Source: Trichoplax sp. H2
Lineage: Eukaryota
Direction: 5' to 3'
NCBI GenBank assembly: GCA_003344405.1
Contig: NOWV01000113.1
Coordinates: 124,001 to 188,000 of the forward strand
DNA length: 64,000 nucleotides
A program made the position numbers and the translations under genes. The notes under the pieces were generated by a model that worked only from the letters and a program-made list of their open reading frames with translations, made no database searches and was not told the DNA's origin. Positions 41,429 to 54,900 of this stretch are shown here, one piece after another. The stretch's first letter is position 1. Each line of letters begins with the position of its first letter.

Positions 41429-44400
41429 ATGGAACGTAATGTCAAATATGTTTTTTTTTTGCGACATAATCAGTCAGCTTGGCTGTACGCATGAATACCT
41501 TGAACTGAGTACATTCTGTATTTTATTAACTAGAAATTCTATTATTTTATGATTAGCATTTTGCTCTACGTTATTGGAATTATTTGGTTGCTAGCATTGG
41601 CTCTTGATGACTTCAACGATAGATGTTACATATCGGAAAATGCTTTGATGCCAGCCATGACGCATACGCACTATACCAATGCCAGAGACGTAACAAGTAT
41701 GACTAGTGAATTAACAGAGATGTCGTCGAGGTAATCGTATACTAGTTTATTGCTAAAAATTATTTTATTGTACATAAAGTTTTAGCTGTGTCGACCGATT
41801 GACTTTGCTAGTCGTATTTATTGACTAACAACTCTATATATTTGAATATCATACGACAACATAGCCAAATTAATAACACGCATTAGTACTTTGATTTGTT
41901 GCATTTTTTATACTTTACCTAAAAATGAAGTATCCATTGCATTATAGTTGATTGATTATTATAATACATGAGAAGATATACAATGTTATATTTAATATAC
42001 CCAAGCTGATAGTATAGTGGACTCAGGAGTAATTTGAGTTCTTATTTTATAGGACCGTGCCTGCTAACTGGATACTTGAGCATTTTAAGAAATCAGGATT
42101 CGATACATTTACGCAAAATTTTACTTACCAGCGGCCATTTAATTATGTCAAAAACAAGGTTTAGGCCTACCTGCTATCCCCATATAACATTTTACTTGTG
42201 CTACTGTAAATTACAGTTTTAAGACATATATAGTTATTATACTAGTACAGTATCACTAAGTGCTATATGTTGCGTTTATCACAGACTATTACTGGTATGA
42301 ATGTATATGGAATACTCAGAGCACCCCGTAAAGCTGGAACAGAGGCAATTGTCTTAAATGTTCCTTATCGCCCTATACATCAAATCAAGCAAGAAGCAAC
42401 TCATGCTGGACTTGCATTGATGATATCATTAGCTTCTTACTTTCAAGGTACAATTTTACATATTTTGTGTCTCTGATGTATATCATGTATTGCTTATCAT
42501 TATCTAAGCCACTATGAATTTCATCGAAGTAATACATTCGAATTAATCTATCTTTATGGCTTAGAAAAAACGTACTGGTCCAAGGATATCATCTTTTTGG
42601 TAACAGAGAGGGAATATTATGGATTGCAGGCATGGCTGGACAGCTACTATGATACCCATATACCTGGTAGTTATGACATACGAGTATCTCTTTATGTAAT
42701 AAACATACAGTATGCGAATAATAGAAAAACTAATACCTGGATAGTTTATTTAAAATTTATAAGCAAACAATTGTTTTTAATAATAATAATATACGTAGTA
42801 TACGAGTTGTTATATTAAATCCAGCCTAATATATGTTGTTATGGCAGGTATTGAGAGGGAAGAACTAGGCGGCAGAGGTGGATCGATTCAGTCTGCTATT
42901 ACATTAGAAATACCATCTGAATATGTTGAAAGTCTCAACTTGAAACTTGGTTGGTAACTTTATAGTCAGAATTTTTTAAAATTGCGCTTTTTCTGTATTA
43001 TAGGATAAATTTCATGAAGAACATCATTTTTAACTTTGTAACAATGGTACATCACTTTATATCTTTGCTAATACTATATTTTGATGCAAATGTGTAAATA
43101 TGATAGAAGGGGTAAATGGTCAGCTACCCAATCTAGATGTATTCAACATGGCTGTGAGAATATGTGACAGAGAAGGAATCACTCCTACACTTCCAAGGCC
43201 TGTAAGCATAAGTACAGCATAGCTGCAAGCGATAATTTGTGACTCAATATAGCTCAGTAACTATTTATGGCTCATTTCAGAGTTACAAGAGTTCAACTTC
43301 TTACTTGAAATCCTTGATGACAATGCTAACCATGATGTCAAAGCATGCTCTAGGAATTCCCACTGGCAACCACGGACTATTCTTAAAGTACTAAATGCTT
43401 ATCAGACACATTAAATTGAATTTATAATAATCTAGAATAGGAGTAACGTAACTAGTTCTCACACCAGGAAGATTAAAGCATCAAAATTTATTGCTTACAT
43501 TTGAACCCTTTATTTGAATTCTATTATTTTAGATATCATATTGAAGCTATTACCCTGCAGGGTGTACTATCTGATCACTCCTATATTTCGAAAATGCCCA
43601 ACATTGGCAGGTAAATATCATTATTCATCTGTTAGGAGGAAAGAATGTTCTCATGCACATATGACTCACGAGAAAGTAACACATTATTTTATATTTTCGT
43701 ATTATTGATACAATATTTATGAACTAAATTTTTTTATTCAGAGCTGTAGAAGGAATTTTTAGAAGTCTGAATAATCTATTGGAAAGATTTCATGCTTCAT
43801 ACTTTTTCTACGTGTTGCCTTCTGAACATCGATATGTATCGATTGGCCTCTACATGCCGCCATTTTTTTGCTTGATCATACCTTTATTGATTAAAATATC
43901 CAAACCTTAGGAAATTATTCAGTTTCAAATATTGTATATTTATATTTATCAAAGTAGTATCGTTCTCATTGTAATTATTAGGACGCTCACTTGCAACACT
44001 AAGCTAAAAATCGTTTCCCTTAACGTTAAGTAAGCTATTTTTCTATGGAATGCAGCTGCAGATACTCAATTTTTGAAGAAAATTTGTGAAGATGCAATCA
44101 ATGATGATAAGAACGTAGATAATAATCAAGGATCCTCAAAAGTGAATATGGAGGTCTTAATTTAATCTAATTACGATAAAATTGTCCTGTAATACGGTAA
44201 ATTAATTATATCCGAAAAGTGATGCATGGTAATAACTCGTATAATTATCTATTACGTATAGGTCGCTTTTTATAGTCACCAGCACGATTTTAAGTATTTA
44301 CTGGCTTTGGTTACACTAGTTTACTTTTCTGGTATTATATTATACATTTTACCTAATACTGTCTGGGAACAATCAATACGTTATGATGTTAATCCAATGG

Positions 44401-45106
44401 TTGCAATGTACGTTGCATATTTTAATATTATCCTAATATCCGTATGTGTCCCGTTCTTTCTTCGAAGGTACAGTACTTCAGTATAGAACTCTAAACTTAA
44501 CTTTTGATAACGCGTGTTCTAATTCTGACCTTTAACTTAATTATGGAAATGTAGCCAATTGACGAAATATATTTCTGCATGTACTAAAATGGACTATACC
44601 AGTAATTGGGTCACCGTACTTTGCGGTTCCTATACTTTACTAGCAATATCCTTGATTGCTTTATCAAATATAAACTTTTCTCTGGCGGTATCATTTGCAG
44701 TATTCATGACGCCCATAGTACTACTAGTGCAGCTGAAAAAAGATGGGTAAGATTTACAGTATCACTGCATAATGTATGCGACATATAATGAAACTATTTC
44801 ATATTTCGTCCTACATCGTTAATGTTTCCTAGGCTATACAAACAATTTCAGAGAATCCTCCTTTTATTGATATTTCCTCCGATCCTGGTTTCTGAATTTA
44901 TCGCTCTATTTCAATTGATAAATTCAGGAATGGAATCTACCGGAAGCTTAAAGATTGTGACCAAGTTTCATAGTGTATTACTTACCGCATTAACCGAACA
45001 GCAATTAATAGGTGTATCAAACTATCCAATTCTATGTTTAGTATTTTGGCCGGTATGGCTTATGTTTTGGGCAGTTGTGAATTTTAGCCCAGTTACGAAT
45101 AGATGA
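41429..45106 (+). CDS. GPAA1: GPI transamidase component GPAA1 (GAA1)
   Basis: [113 protein letters not shown], followed by a multi-TM C-terminus. The start exon is tentative. Confidence 0.95.
43896..44033 (+). other. U12-type intron in GPAA1 with apparent AT-AA termini
   Basis: The 5' end is ATATCCAA after PLLIK. A TTCCCTTAAC branch point lies at 44015-44024. Only an acceptor ending at 44033 (..AGTAA|GCT) restores the frame AIFLWNAA. Confidence 0.75.
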
Positions 45107-45583
45107 TCATAAAATTGTCTTAAGCAATGCTTTTAAGGCTAAATTGGACGAAGAAGTGATTGTACAATGCGTATATTTTTACATTACGAATGTTATTTAA
45201 ATTTCTATCAAATAGATAAATCGTTGTGTGAGATATCATGAACTAGAGGCTCATATTTCTTCCGTAGATCGTAAATATAGCAAAGGAACAATTTTACATG
45301 CTATACCAATACATCGCCCTACACAGCCTGATGATGATTGTTGTCAAAACAATTTATGAATACAATCGCAGTAAACTTACACAATAAAATTCCGATTTCT
45401 TGTTCAAAATGTACATGTTGCAGCTGTTGAATTAGTTCCAATAGCAAGGTACTTGACGTGAATAACTACTCCATTTCTTAGAAATACTAGTTCTATCTTC
45501 ATAAAGGTTGGATTAAGACTAGCAAGTTAATTGAGAATAGTTTAGAATCACCCTTATATTTAATGAACATTTCCTAGTTTTTA

Positions 45584-48073
45584 CTATGCATCTTTTACAG
45601 CCATCTTATTGACAACGGCATCTACTAGGTCTGTTGTGTTCAGTTCGGCATCGGTAATACTATAAATCTAAATAAAATATGTAACGCTAAGAATTTGCGT
45701 TATTATACTCACAAAGTAGGCTTGAACTTGGATTATTTTGAAATACTGTATTATGCATAAAGGTTGCTGCTGAAAGGGATTTACCTTTTTAATATCTTCA
45801 TATTTTGAGAAATCATTTATCTTTTCTATTCCAATGCGTTCACCTTTAACAGCCTGAATTGCCATCTGAAACTTAAATAAATACAATCGTTTTTCAGTAT
45901 ACATATACCGTAGTGTAGTACTTCACGATACATATTAGCCACCCACGTATATAGTCAAAAACAAGAGTTTACTTGCATCATAAGACTATTTGCTTACTTT
46001 ACTACTATTTTCTTCGCTTTCAGTATCAATGACAGCAACAATGACTGCATTTGAATCATTAGATAGTCCAAATTTTTTGAATGAGCCAGCAATCTTACAA
46101 TAATAAAATAGTATGCATTACAACACTTCAATTCCATTATGGCTTAGTGTATAACGGTAAATAAGATCACAATAAACTGATTCTAAGCTGTACAATTTTA
46201 CATTTTTAGATGGTGATAGACTATAAAGTAGTTCACTGTGAACATTGCGTGTCTTCATTTTATTAATATCTTGCAAGTGTGCGGCTTTAAAGGCTGCAAC
46301 CGATAATTGAAAGATTCCAACAATCTAAATGGGTAAATAGATAAAATAACAGTAGGTCGACATTAGTGATAACATTGTGAACTTTCGTATTGAAGTCTAT
46401 GGTTAGCTACAAATACATATAAAGTTCCAACTGATGTTTACTCGTCTATACGTTTAGGCTGGTCATCCGTATACTACTATACGTATATTGATAAGGCTGC
46501 AAGAAATTTTTGACAATTATATTGTCCTAGTATGTATTGTAATGACATACACGTTCAGCTACCGTATATTGTAAAATGTGATTAAAACAAGTTAACCACG
46601 TACTCGAATGCATTTACAGTATTGAAAGCAACTATGGTAATAACAAACAGCTACAACGAGCTAGGCATCATGCTTGGTCACTATAACATTTAAGTTTACA
46701 GCAGAAGAATATTTCTATTGTTAAGCATAGAATGATCAAGTACTTTGATCAAGACTCTATTGTCATCAATGGTGGGCAATTTCAATTAGTATTTTTAGTC
46801 CAGCAGCTGCAATGCATAAGGCAACATACTTTATCATTTAACAATTGAGGTACAGCTGAAGGATACTTTTGTTAGTGAGGATAAAATGAGCAAGGAAGTA
46901 TTTCGATCAAGACCATATAGCAATTATTAGTACACTTTTCTGTTTAGCATTTTCGCGTATCAGCTACCATTGCAGTACTTCAGGAATCTTGCTTTGTCAT
47001 TTTAGCATTTAAGAGTGCAGCTGAGGCACACTATATTATTGGAGAGGATAAAGTGAGCAAGGAAATTGTTTCGATGAAGGCTACGCGTGCATAGCAAAAT
47101 TATTTGTGTGTCTATAGTATTATTATTATCAGCTAGCATTTTGGTGTGCTCGTATGACTAAAGGATAGTTTGATTGATGAAGATAAAAACAGCGAAACAA
47201 GCGTTGCAGGCCTATGGTACTACTAGTTATTGTAATTTGCGCATTGACGTCGATAAAATGTGTAAGACAGTACTGTTGCAGACCTAATTCATGCATTAAT
47301 TCATGTGTAACTATTATTATTTTAAGTCAACATGGAAAACAGAAAGAGGTCATTTACCATTTACTAGTAGTGTAGTGTCTACGGAGTGTAAGCAATCAAG
47401 GATTACCTTGTTGCAGACCTCATACATGCATTAATTCATGTGTGACTATTATTTTAAGTCAACATGGAAAACAGAAAGAGATCATTTACCATTTATTAGT
47501 AGTGTAGTGTCTACGGAGTGTAAGCAATCAAGGATTACCTTGTTGCAGACCTCATACATGCATTAATTCATGTATGACTATTATTTTAAGTCAACATGGA
47601 AAACAGAAAGAAGTCATTTACCATTTACTAGTAGTGTAGTGTCTACGGAGTGTCAGCAATCAAAGATTACCTTGTGGCAGACCTAATGCATGCATTAATT
47701 CATGTGTGACTATTATTTGAACTCAATATGGAAAACAGAACGAGGTCATTTACCATTTACTAGTAGTGCAGTAGCAGTGTAGTGTATGCTGAGTGTAAGC
47801 AATCAAGGATTATCTTGTTGCACTAGCAAAGTATCTGCAAATGATTCGTATATTGCACATACGCGTATTATTATTATTGTCATCGATGCTTATCAATTGA
47901 ATTTATTTATGCCAAGGTTGCGTGATCCATGCTCTACTACTCACCAAAGCAGGATTGATGAAAGCAGCTGATATTTTATTGTCGATAAGGCCTTGCTTTA
48001 ACTCTTCCAGGTTGGTAACTTGACAAAATAAGGCTATATGCAGCCAGTATTTGCCATTCAATTTTAGCGACAT
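45584..48073 (-). CDS. TPRKB: KEOPS/EKC complex subunit TPRKB (CGI-121), 5 exons
   Basis: MSLKLNGKYWLHIALFCQVTNLEELKQ...[56 protein letters not shown]...-IKK-IYSITDAE...LVDAVVNKMAVKDA*. Confidence 0.93.
47274..47822. repeat. Tandem repeat, about 132-143 bp x 4, in TPRKB intron 1
   Basis: Units begin tgt(t/g)gcagacct at 47274, 47409, 47541 and 47673. They share catgcattaattcatg, caacatggaaaacagaa and tgtaagcaatcaaggatta. Confidence 0.95.
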
Positions 48074-48588
48074 CCTTGGTGAATTTCCAATTGCAGACCA
48101 CTGCGGCAGAGGTGTCGTGCCGGTAGGTAAGTGTTCGCTACCCAACACGGGCTAATATGATACACAGCATTGAAAGCTTGACGACGTGTCATGTGAGAAG
48201 GGCGTAATGCTTATAGTAACACATAGCGACGGCAATATAGATTGAGTTGTTGAGTAGCAATAGAGACTTTATTTCTGCACCCGGCGATACGGGATAGTAT
48301 TCCAGGCTAGTCAGAACTGCAGTACTAGCCCAGGATTGTGCGCGTGCGGTACTAGACCGTCATTGTATCTGTTTCACTTTGCACTTTTGCACTTTACAGG
48401 TAGAATTTACTATAATTCATTCTAATTAAATCAATTCTAATCCATTATTGAAGAAGTTGATACACCATCTGAGTAAAGTTCTATTCTTATTTTACGGTAG
48501 CGATGATGAAAAAGATGCTTACTATCGGACTAGACTCACGTGCTGCGTAGAGGATGTAGTAATGTACAAAAAAGATGTCACCTGTCGG

Positions 48589-49969
48589 CTAGAGTGGTTG
48601 AGTACCTACTGTGGGAACACGATGAAGTCACGGTGGCATCGATTTTGCTAGTCAGTTTACACCATTAGTGCTAACTGCATCGAGTATCGAAAGTAATGTG
48701 TATAGCGCCATAAGAATCATTGATTTATCCGTATGTAGAGTACATACAGTACACTACAAGTTGCTAGCAAAAATAATGTCACTAATCGTGTATGAAGTAT
48801 ACTGTCCTATACAGTACTGATGCATCATTTCTATACGAGTACAGACTAGCACTGGTAGGATTCTGCTCGAAGCGTCCATAAAGTAAGACATTTCTTTTGC
48901 ACAGTCTTATCCCACTGTATCGGTATACTGCACTATCAAGAAGGCGCTTGGTCAAAGAGTAAACGTTGGACCTGGATCGCCTACTCAATCTAGAGTGGTT
49001 GAGTACCTACTGTGGGAAGACGATGAAGTCATGGTGACATCAATTTTGCTAGTCAGTTTACGCTATTAGTGCTAACCGCATCGAGTATCGAAACTACTGT
49101 ATAGTGCCATAAGAATCGCTGACTTCTCCATATGTACGTCCACTATAAATCGCTAGCAAAATAATGTCCCTAATCATGTGTCAGTTCATTAGACTCTTAA
49201 CAAGGGTCTCTATATTGCACTATCAAGGAGGCGCTTGGTCAAAGAGTAGCGTTCGACCTTGATCGCCTACTCATCTAGAATGGTTGAGTACCTACTGGGG
49301 GAAGACGATGAAGTCATGGTGACATCGATTTTGCTAGTCATTTTACGCCATTAGCACTAACCGCATCGAGTATCGAAACTACTGTATAGTGCCATAAGAA
49401 TTGCTGACTTATCCATATGTACAGTAGTACGTCCACTACAAATCGCTAGCAAAAATAATGTCACTAATCATGCGTCAGTTTAGAGACCCTTAATTAGACT
49501 CTTAACAAGGGTCTCTATACTGCACTATCAAGGAGGCGCTTGGTCAAAGAGTAGCGTTCGACCTTGATCGCCTACTCATCTAGAGCGGTTGAGTACCTAC
49601 TGGGGGAAGACGATGAAGTCATGGTGACATGGATTTTGCTAGTCATTTTACGCCATTAGTGCTAACCGTATCCGAGTATCGAAAGTACTGTATACTGTCA
49701 TAAGAATCGCTGACTTCTCCATATGTACGTCCACTACAAATCGCTAGCAAAAATAATGTCACTAATCATGTATCGAGTAAGTTGTCCTATACAGTGCTGA
49801 TACAACATTTCTATACGAGTACAGACTAGTACCAGTAGGATTCTACTTGAAGCGTCTATGAAGTAAGACATTAGTTTTGCACAATCTCATCCCTCTGTAT
49901 CGGTATACTGCACTATCAAGGAGGCGCTTGGTGAAAGCGTAAACGCTCGACCTTGATCGCCTACTCAAT
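48589..49969. repeat. Tandem array of four related units (about 401, 285, 305 and 390 bp)
   Basis: Units begin ctaga..ggttgagtacctactg at 48589, 48990, 49275 and 49580 and end gatcgcctactca. Units 1 and 4 share an internal block; units 2 and 3 carry a different, shorter one. Confidence 0.95.
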
Positions 49970-51948
49970 CGTCAACACTCGCCTACTGTACTCCACACTA
50001 CCCTAAAAGCGTGCAAGCACTCTCTTACGGTCTTATCCACGATTGATCATGCCGTGCTATGGTTCTTGAGTGAAAAAACCCGATCGCTTCTCTTATTAGG
50101 TAAAATTAATTAGCCAAGGGATAGTGCTTTTAACTTCAACGTGCTATCAATTAACCCTCTGTACGAAAGAGAATACCAAGTGATAATTAGTTGGTATACA
50201 GTAAAATGTATCTTCGTGATGACTAGAATAACGATCGAGCGACTGTACAGTATATTGAAAGTAAGGAATTGAATTTGATTGTAGGGTCCCATCGAGCCAA
50301 TTTGGAACGCCTTGTCAAAGTACCATCTTCATTAATTAAGCGCCTATATTAATCTTTCAAAGAGCTTGAATCCGACGATCAAGTACAGCCTTATTCTATG
50401 TTGCAATCATGAGTGATACAAGTCATCCACCTTTACAAGAATCTGGGCATGAAATAGACGATGTTGGTAAGTTGAATACCATTCTTAGTATGGCATTGGT
50501 AGCCATCTCGTTTGCAGATAGACGAGTGCTGTCATGACTACAGACATACAAATTCATCTTCCATGATATATATCAACTGTATTCACCTTGCTACTATATT
50601 TTGCTGGACTTGAAAAAAATAGCAACATGAACTTCTAAAACTGCCAAGAATCTACAAATTCATCCATGCTGTAGCGTAGGTGAAAGACCCATGTGCAATA
50701 TTACCCTACGATACAGTGTACAGTATACTGTCATAATGAATGATATCATCAAAGGATAATCTTCAAAAAGTTGATAAAATGAAATAGATCGACTACGGAC
50801 GATGCCAATAAAAATATACGTACAAAGGGATCGGATATGATCCAATATCGATTAGTACGTATTGCTGTCATGGCTACTTTAAAAGCCTGTCGTTGTCAAC
50901 GGCTGCACAATCATGGAGTGGGCCACTGGCTACGAGTTGCAATAATACCAGTTGTACAACTGGTGTGTTATCACTTGGTGCTTGCTCATGAATTGAAATC
51001 ACGAAAGATTCATCAAAATTTGCTCTTTGCATAGAAAATATGACGCAGTACTGGAGTACTATAGAATCCATCCAGTTCTTACGTTGATTTAGTAAAAGCC
51101 ACACAACTATAGTACTGTACTGTACTTTTCTCGACTGCATGAAAATAATTTGCAATACAAAGCAACATACTCTTCTCTTGCTGGAATGGATACTGCTGTA
51201 ATATGCACTATAACTTTGTCATTTTCGTAATAAAAATATCGATTAATGACACCGTAGAGCTTTACTGTACTGACTATGTTCTAAAAGTAATATAACACAA
51301 GAATATTTGCCCAAGGCAAAATATTCCTGCATTGGCCTTACAGTGATCTACTGCATTAGTCGTAATTAATGAACTTCGGATTCATAACGTTAAATTAATG
51401 ATGCATCGAGATTGGCTACTTTGACTAAAATATGTCATACTTATCTAGTACGATAGATGGAATTGACCATGGTAGTTAAACATCTTGATAATACGCACCA
51501 TTTTTTACACACAGTTATAAAATTTGAAGTTGACTACTATGATAATAATAATAATATTAATTAGCTACATTATTCTTGGTTACATAATACTGTAGATTTT
51601 GACTGAATAAACCCAAACTACAGCCGATATGTGGAAAAGTACGAGAATATTAGAAATAATCTACTTGTATAGTTGTGTGCTCTATCTCCCCGATGTGTGA
51701 ATTAAGATTACTGTTGATAAGCTATGTAGTATGCCCCACAGCATTTGTATAGCTGTTTGCATATCCAGAGGCGGTAATTATTAGAAACTATTATCGGCTT
51801 CCATTTATAATTATTGACAGCTAACCATTGTTAGTACAGTTTCATACATATTTTACAATAACAAACTTCGGAAATATCTCAATATCATTACGTAGAGTAC
51901 GATCTGAAATCAACATTTCTCCCGTTCTTTTCTTTTAATTGTGCACCC

Positions 51949-54900
51949 ATGGAGAATAGATATGTACGCGTACGTTACTGTTCATACGCGTATAGAAAGC
52001 ATAACTAATTGATTTAATCATTATTCATATTTCAGAAGACAAAAGTGGCGAAGTCTTAAGTCAATCCAGTTTGAGGTAGAAATTAAAAATTTTTAACGTA
52101 TTCTCACGTATTCTTTATCACAAATGTATTTGATACAATATTTATATCCTTAAAATTTCTCTTCTTTCTCACTTTGCTAAATTAAAGCTTTAGCAACATC
52201 GAGCCTCCGTTACCTACGGTAAGCAAGAATTTCGATTTTCATTCGATTCATGGTGTTTGTAGACATTTTGCATGCTTCAACCTCAAGCTGTACATAGTTA
52301 TCTGTACTAAATCATATTGTAATAGAAACACACACTGTATATTGTACAACTGTCAATTTCATACTCAATTTAACGTATTCAATATTATTTAGACCTCGAT
52401 ACAATCATTTCAACTATCGCAATTTCTTATGGAAAAAGACTTATTTTCGAACTCAGACAGCAATAATGTTCGCCAAACAATGTACTTGCCCTATGTATTT
52501 TAATGACTTGTATGCTATCTCATTGATATAGCTTTCAGTTGCACAAAAATGACTACTACAACTTTCTCGAAATTTCTTAGACATTTGGGCGGTGAAGAGA
52601 AATGCTATAGCATTTACGGTAATGAGATCAAGATCATTACAAAAGAGTCTTCTTCCTGTAGTAACAAGGTATTCAAAAATTAAATTAATAATATAATGTC
52701 TTTCTAGCTTGCTTTCTTATCTGACCGATATTATCGCATTACTTTCATCAATCAAATTGCTAGATATGTTGTAATTGACTCATTGTTTTTGCTCATAAAT
52801 ATGATTAAATGGCTGCAGAATGCACCTGGAATAATTTGATTGCTTTATTTACAAAATAGGTTAAGTTTAAAACTATTGTTGATTACAACTGGGAACAGCG
52901 CTATTATTATAGCAATACCATTGCTGTCAATGAGAACTTCGTTTCTTACGGATTGAAAGGTACAGCAGTATCATCAAATGTCTAAATTTACTTCGTCTTA
53001 AAAATAATAATATTTGAGCCAGCTTTTCAGCAATCGCTGCTTAAGGTTAACGTTGCCTGACAAAAGTATTAAATTTTTTACATTTTTATCTATTAGGTCG
53101 TAATGGATTTCTAGTTAGGGTTATAAATCGAAATGACAAAAATATTACATTGTTACTAAAAGGAGCAAAAGCAGCAATTGATGAGTTAGCATTTGCTAAT
53201 TATTTTTCGAATAAGTTAGCTTTCATCGATAAAGCCGGAAATTTATTCGTAAGATTAATTACTTTGGAAGATGGATCACTAAAGTATGTAATAAATTTGA
53301 AACTGAAATCAGTTACTTCGCAACAATGAGCGATGTTACTGCAAGTAGGACCTAATTTCAAATTGTCATAACAGGGAAACATCGTTGTTGCATATCGAAG
53401 GCTGGAATACTTCTAAATCCAGCATTAATCGTCTAATTTGGAATCAATCACTGTATGAAAATACTTGCACGGAAGTCGACAAGCCAGGCGAAATATCAGC
53501 CCCATACTATGTAGCTATTGCTAGCGGCAATCAGGTGCAGGCTCAACTTAGACTAATCTCGATGATGTTGCAATTATTTTTTGTAATCACTAATTTATAT
53601 CTTGTTTCGGCAGGTCAAAGTATTTGATATCACAGCTCTGATATCGAACAATGTATCTTCGATAAATATAGCAGATTTACGGAAGCACTACGCGTGTATT
53701 AGTGACGACAGTTGCGCAGTAAGTAGATTAACCTCGAACTTAAAATTATCAGTAGCGATAAAAAATTCTCTAACGTAGAATGTAGGAATAAATATTACTA
53801 TTCATAATAAAACTATTTAGACAATTTACGATCTGGCGTTAACTGCCGGAGGAGATACGTTGGCTACTGCTGGCAATGATGGCACTTTGAAATTTTGGAA
53901 AATAAGCACATCTAATCCGAAAGAACAAATGTAAGTGTTAGCGTCTTTGTTTTCATGACTTGTCTAATAGGCGAGAATAAAACTCAGTCTCTTCTCTCTT
54001 AAAGGTGCGTTCATTTGCTTAGTAAACCGCATGATGGTGCTCCTATACATACGCTAAAATTTTGCGATGATATTACCACTCGGGACGATAGGTATATCTC
54101 TGTGGCTCGTTAAGGTTAACATGACAATTGAAGACAAATTTAAAAAATTCCCCAATTTTTCGATCTTAGTGAAGCTTTTTGGCGTTTTTTGATAACTGCG
54201 TCAAAATTTAACCATGAAATAAAGATCTGGTGCACAGTAGATTGGACATGCTTGCAAACTATTCGGTACGAAATTTGTATCCAACTTCCATGAAAGTTCA
54301 ATATTGATTAAATTATTTGTGTCTTACAGATTTACCTACCCTCCTGAAGAATCTAATGATGGTCAATTGTATGTGCAAATTATTATAGTTTACGCTACGA
54401 TCGTAGGCCATTTTTAATATCTGTTATCATCAATCATGCAGATCACCCATTCTGCAAGTAGCACTGGATAGGACAGCATCATACTTAACTCTATCCGATA
54501 TCAATCGGAAGGTTTGCACTGACTTGTAGTATCGTTTTATATTCGTACGGAGACCTAACGTTCGAATAATTTCCATCATTACTTTTTCTCTTTACATGGT
54601 AGATGCTCTACATTCTTAAGTTACATCAAAATGTAGAAGAGAATCTAGCATCAGCAACATCTATTTCTGAATTTTCGTTAGCACGATCGATTTTGCAGTT
54701 TTCCATCACTAGAGCAAAGCGCCTTACTTCTGTTGAAATGAGAGCTGAATTAACAGAAAGTGACGAGGATGACCTGGAAGATGATTTCAGAAACACTTCA
54801 TCCGTTGATGACTTGCATATTCAGTCGTTAGGTAGCGTCATAGAGATGACGACAGTCGATACTAGGTTGGAAACATGAAGTATTTCTTATGTGAACTCTT

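Noticed and set aside
47274-49969. Tandem arrays as CRISPR-like loci
   Set aside because: Whole units are duplicated, with no unique spacers between short repeats. The context is eukaryotic and no cas genes are present.
50336-51032. Possible small 3-exon gene on the minus strand (MQRANFDES...RLLN-HDSTRLSANEM...CKG-A*)
   Set aside because: Phases fit but the donors are weak (gtagcc, gtggat) and the product has no recognisable homology.
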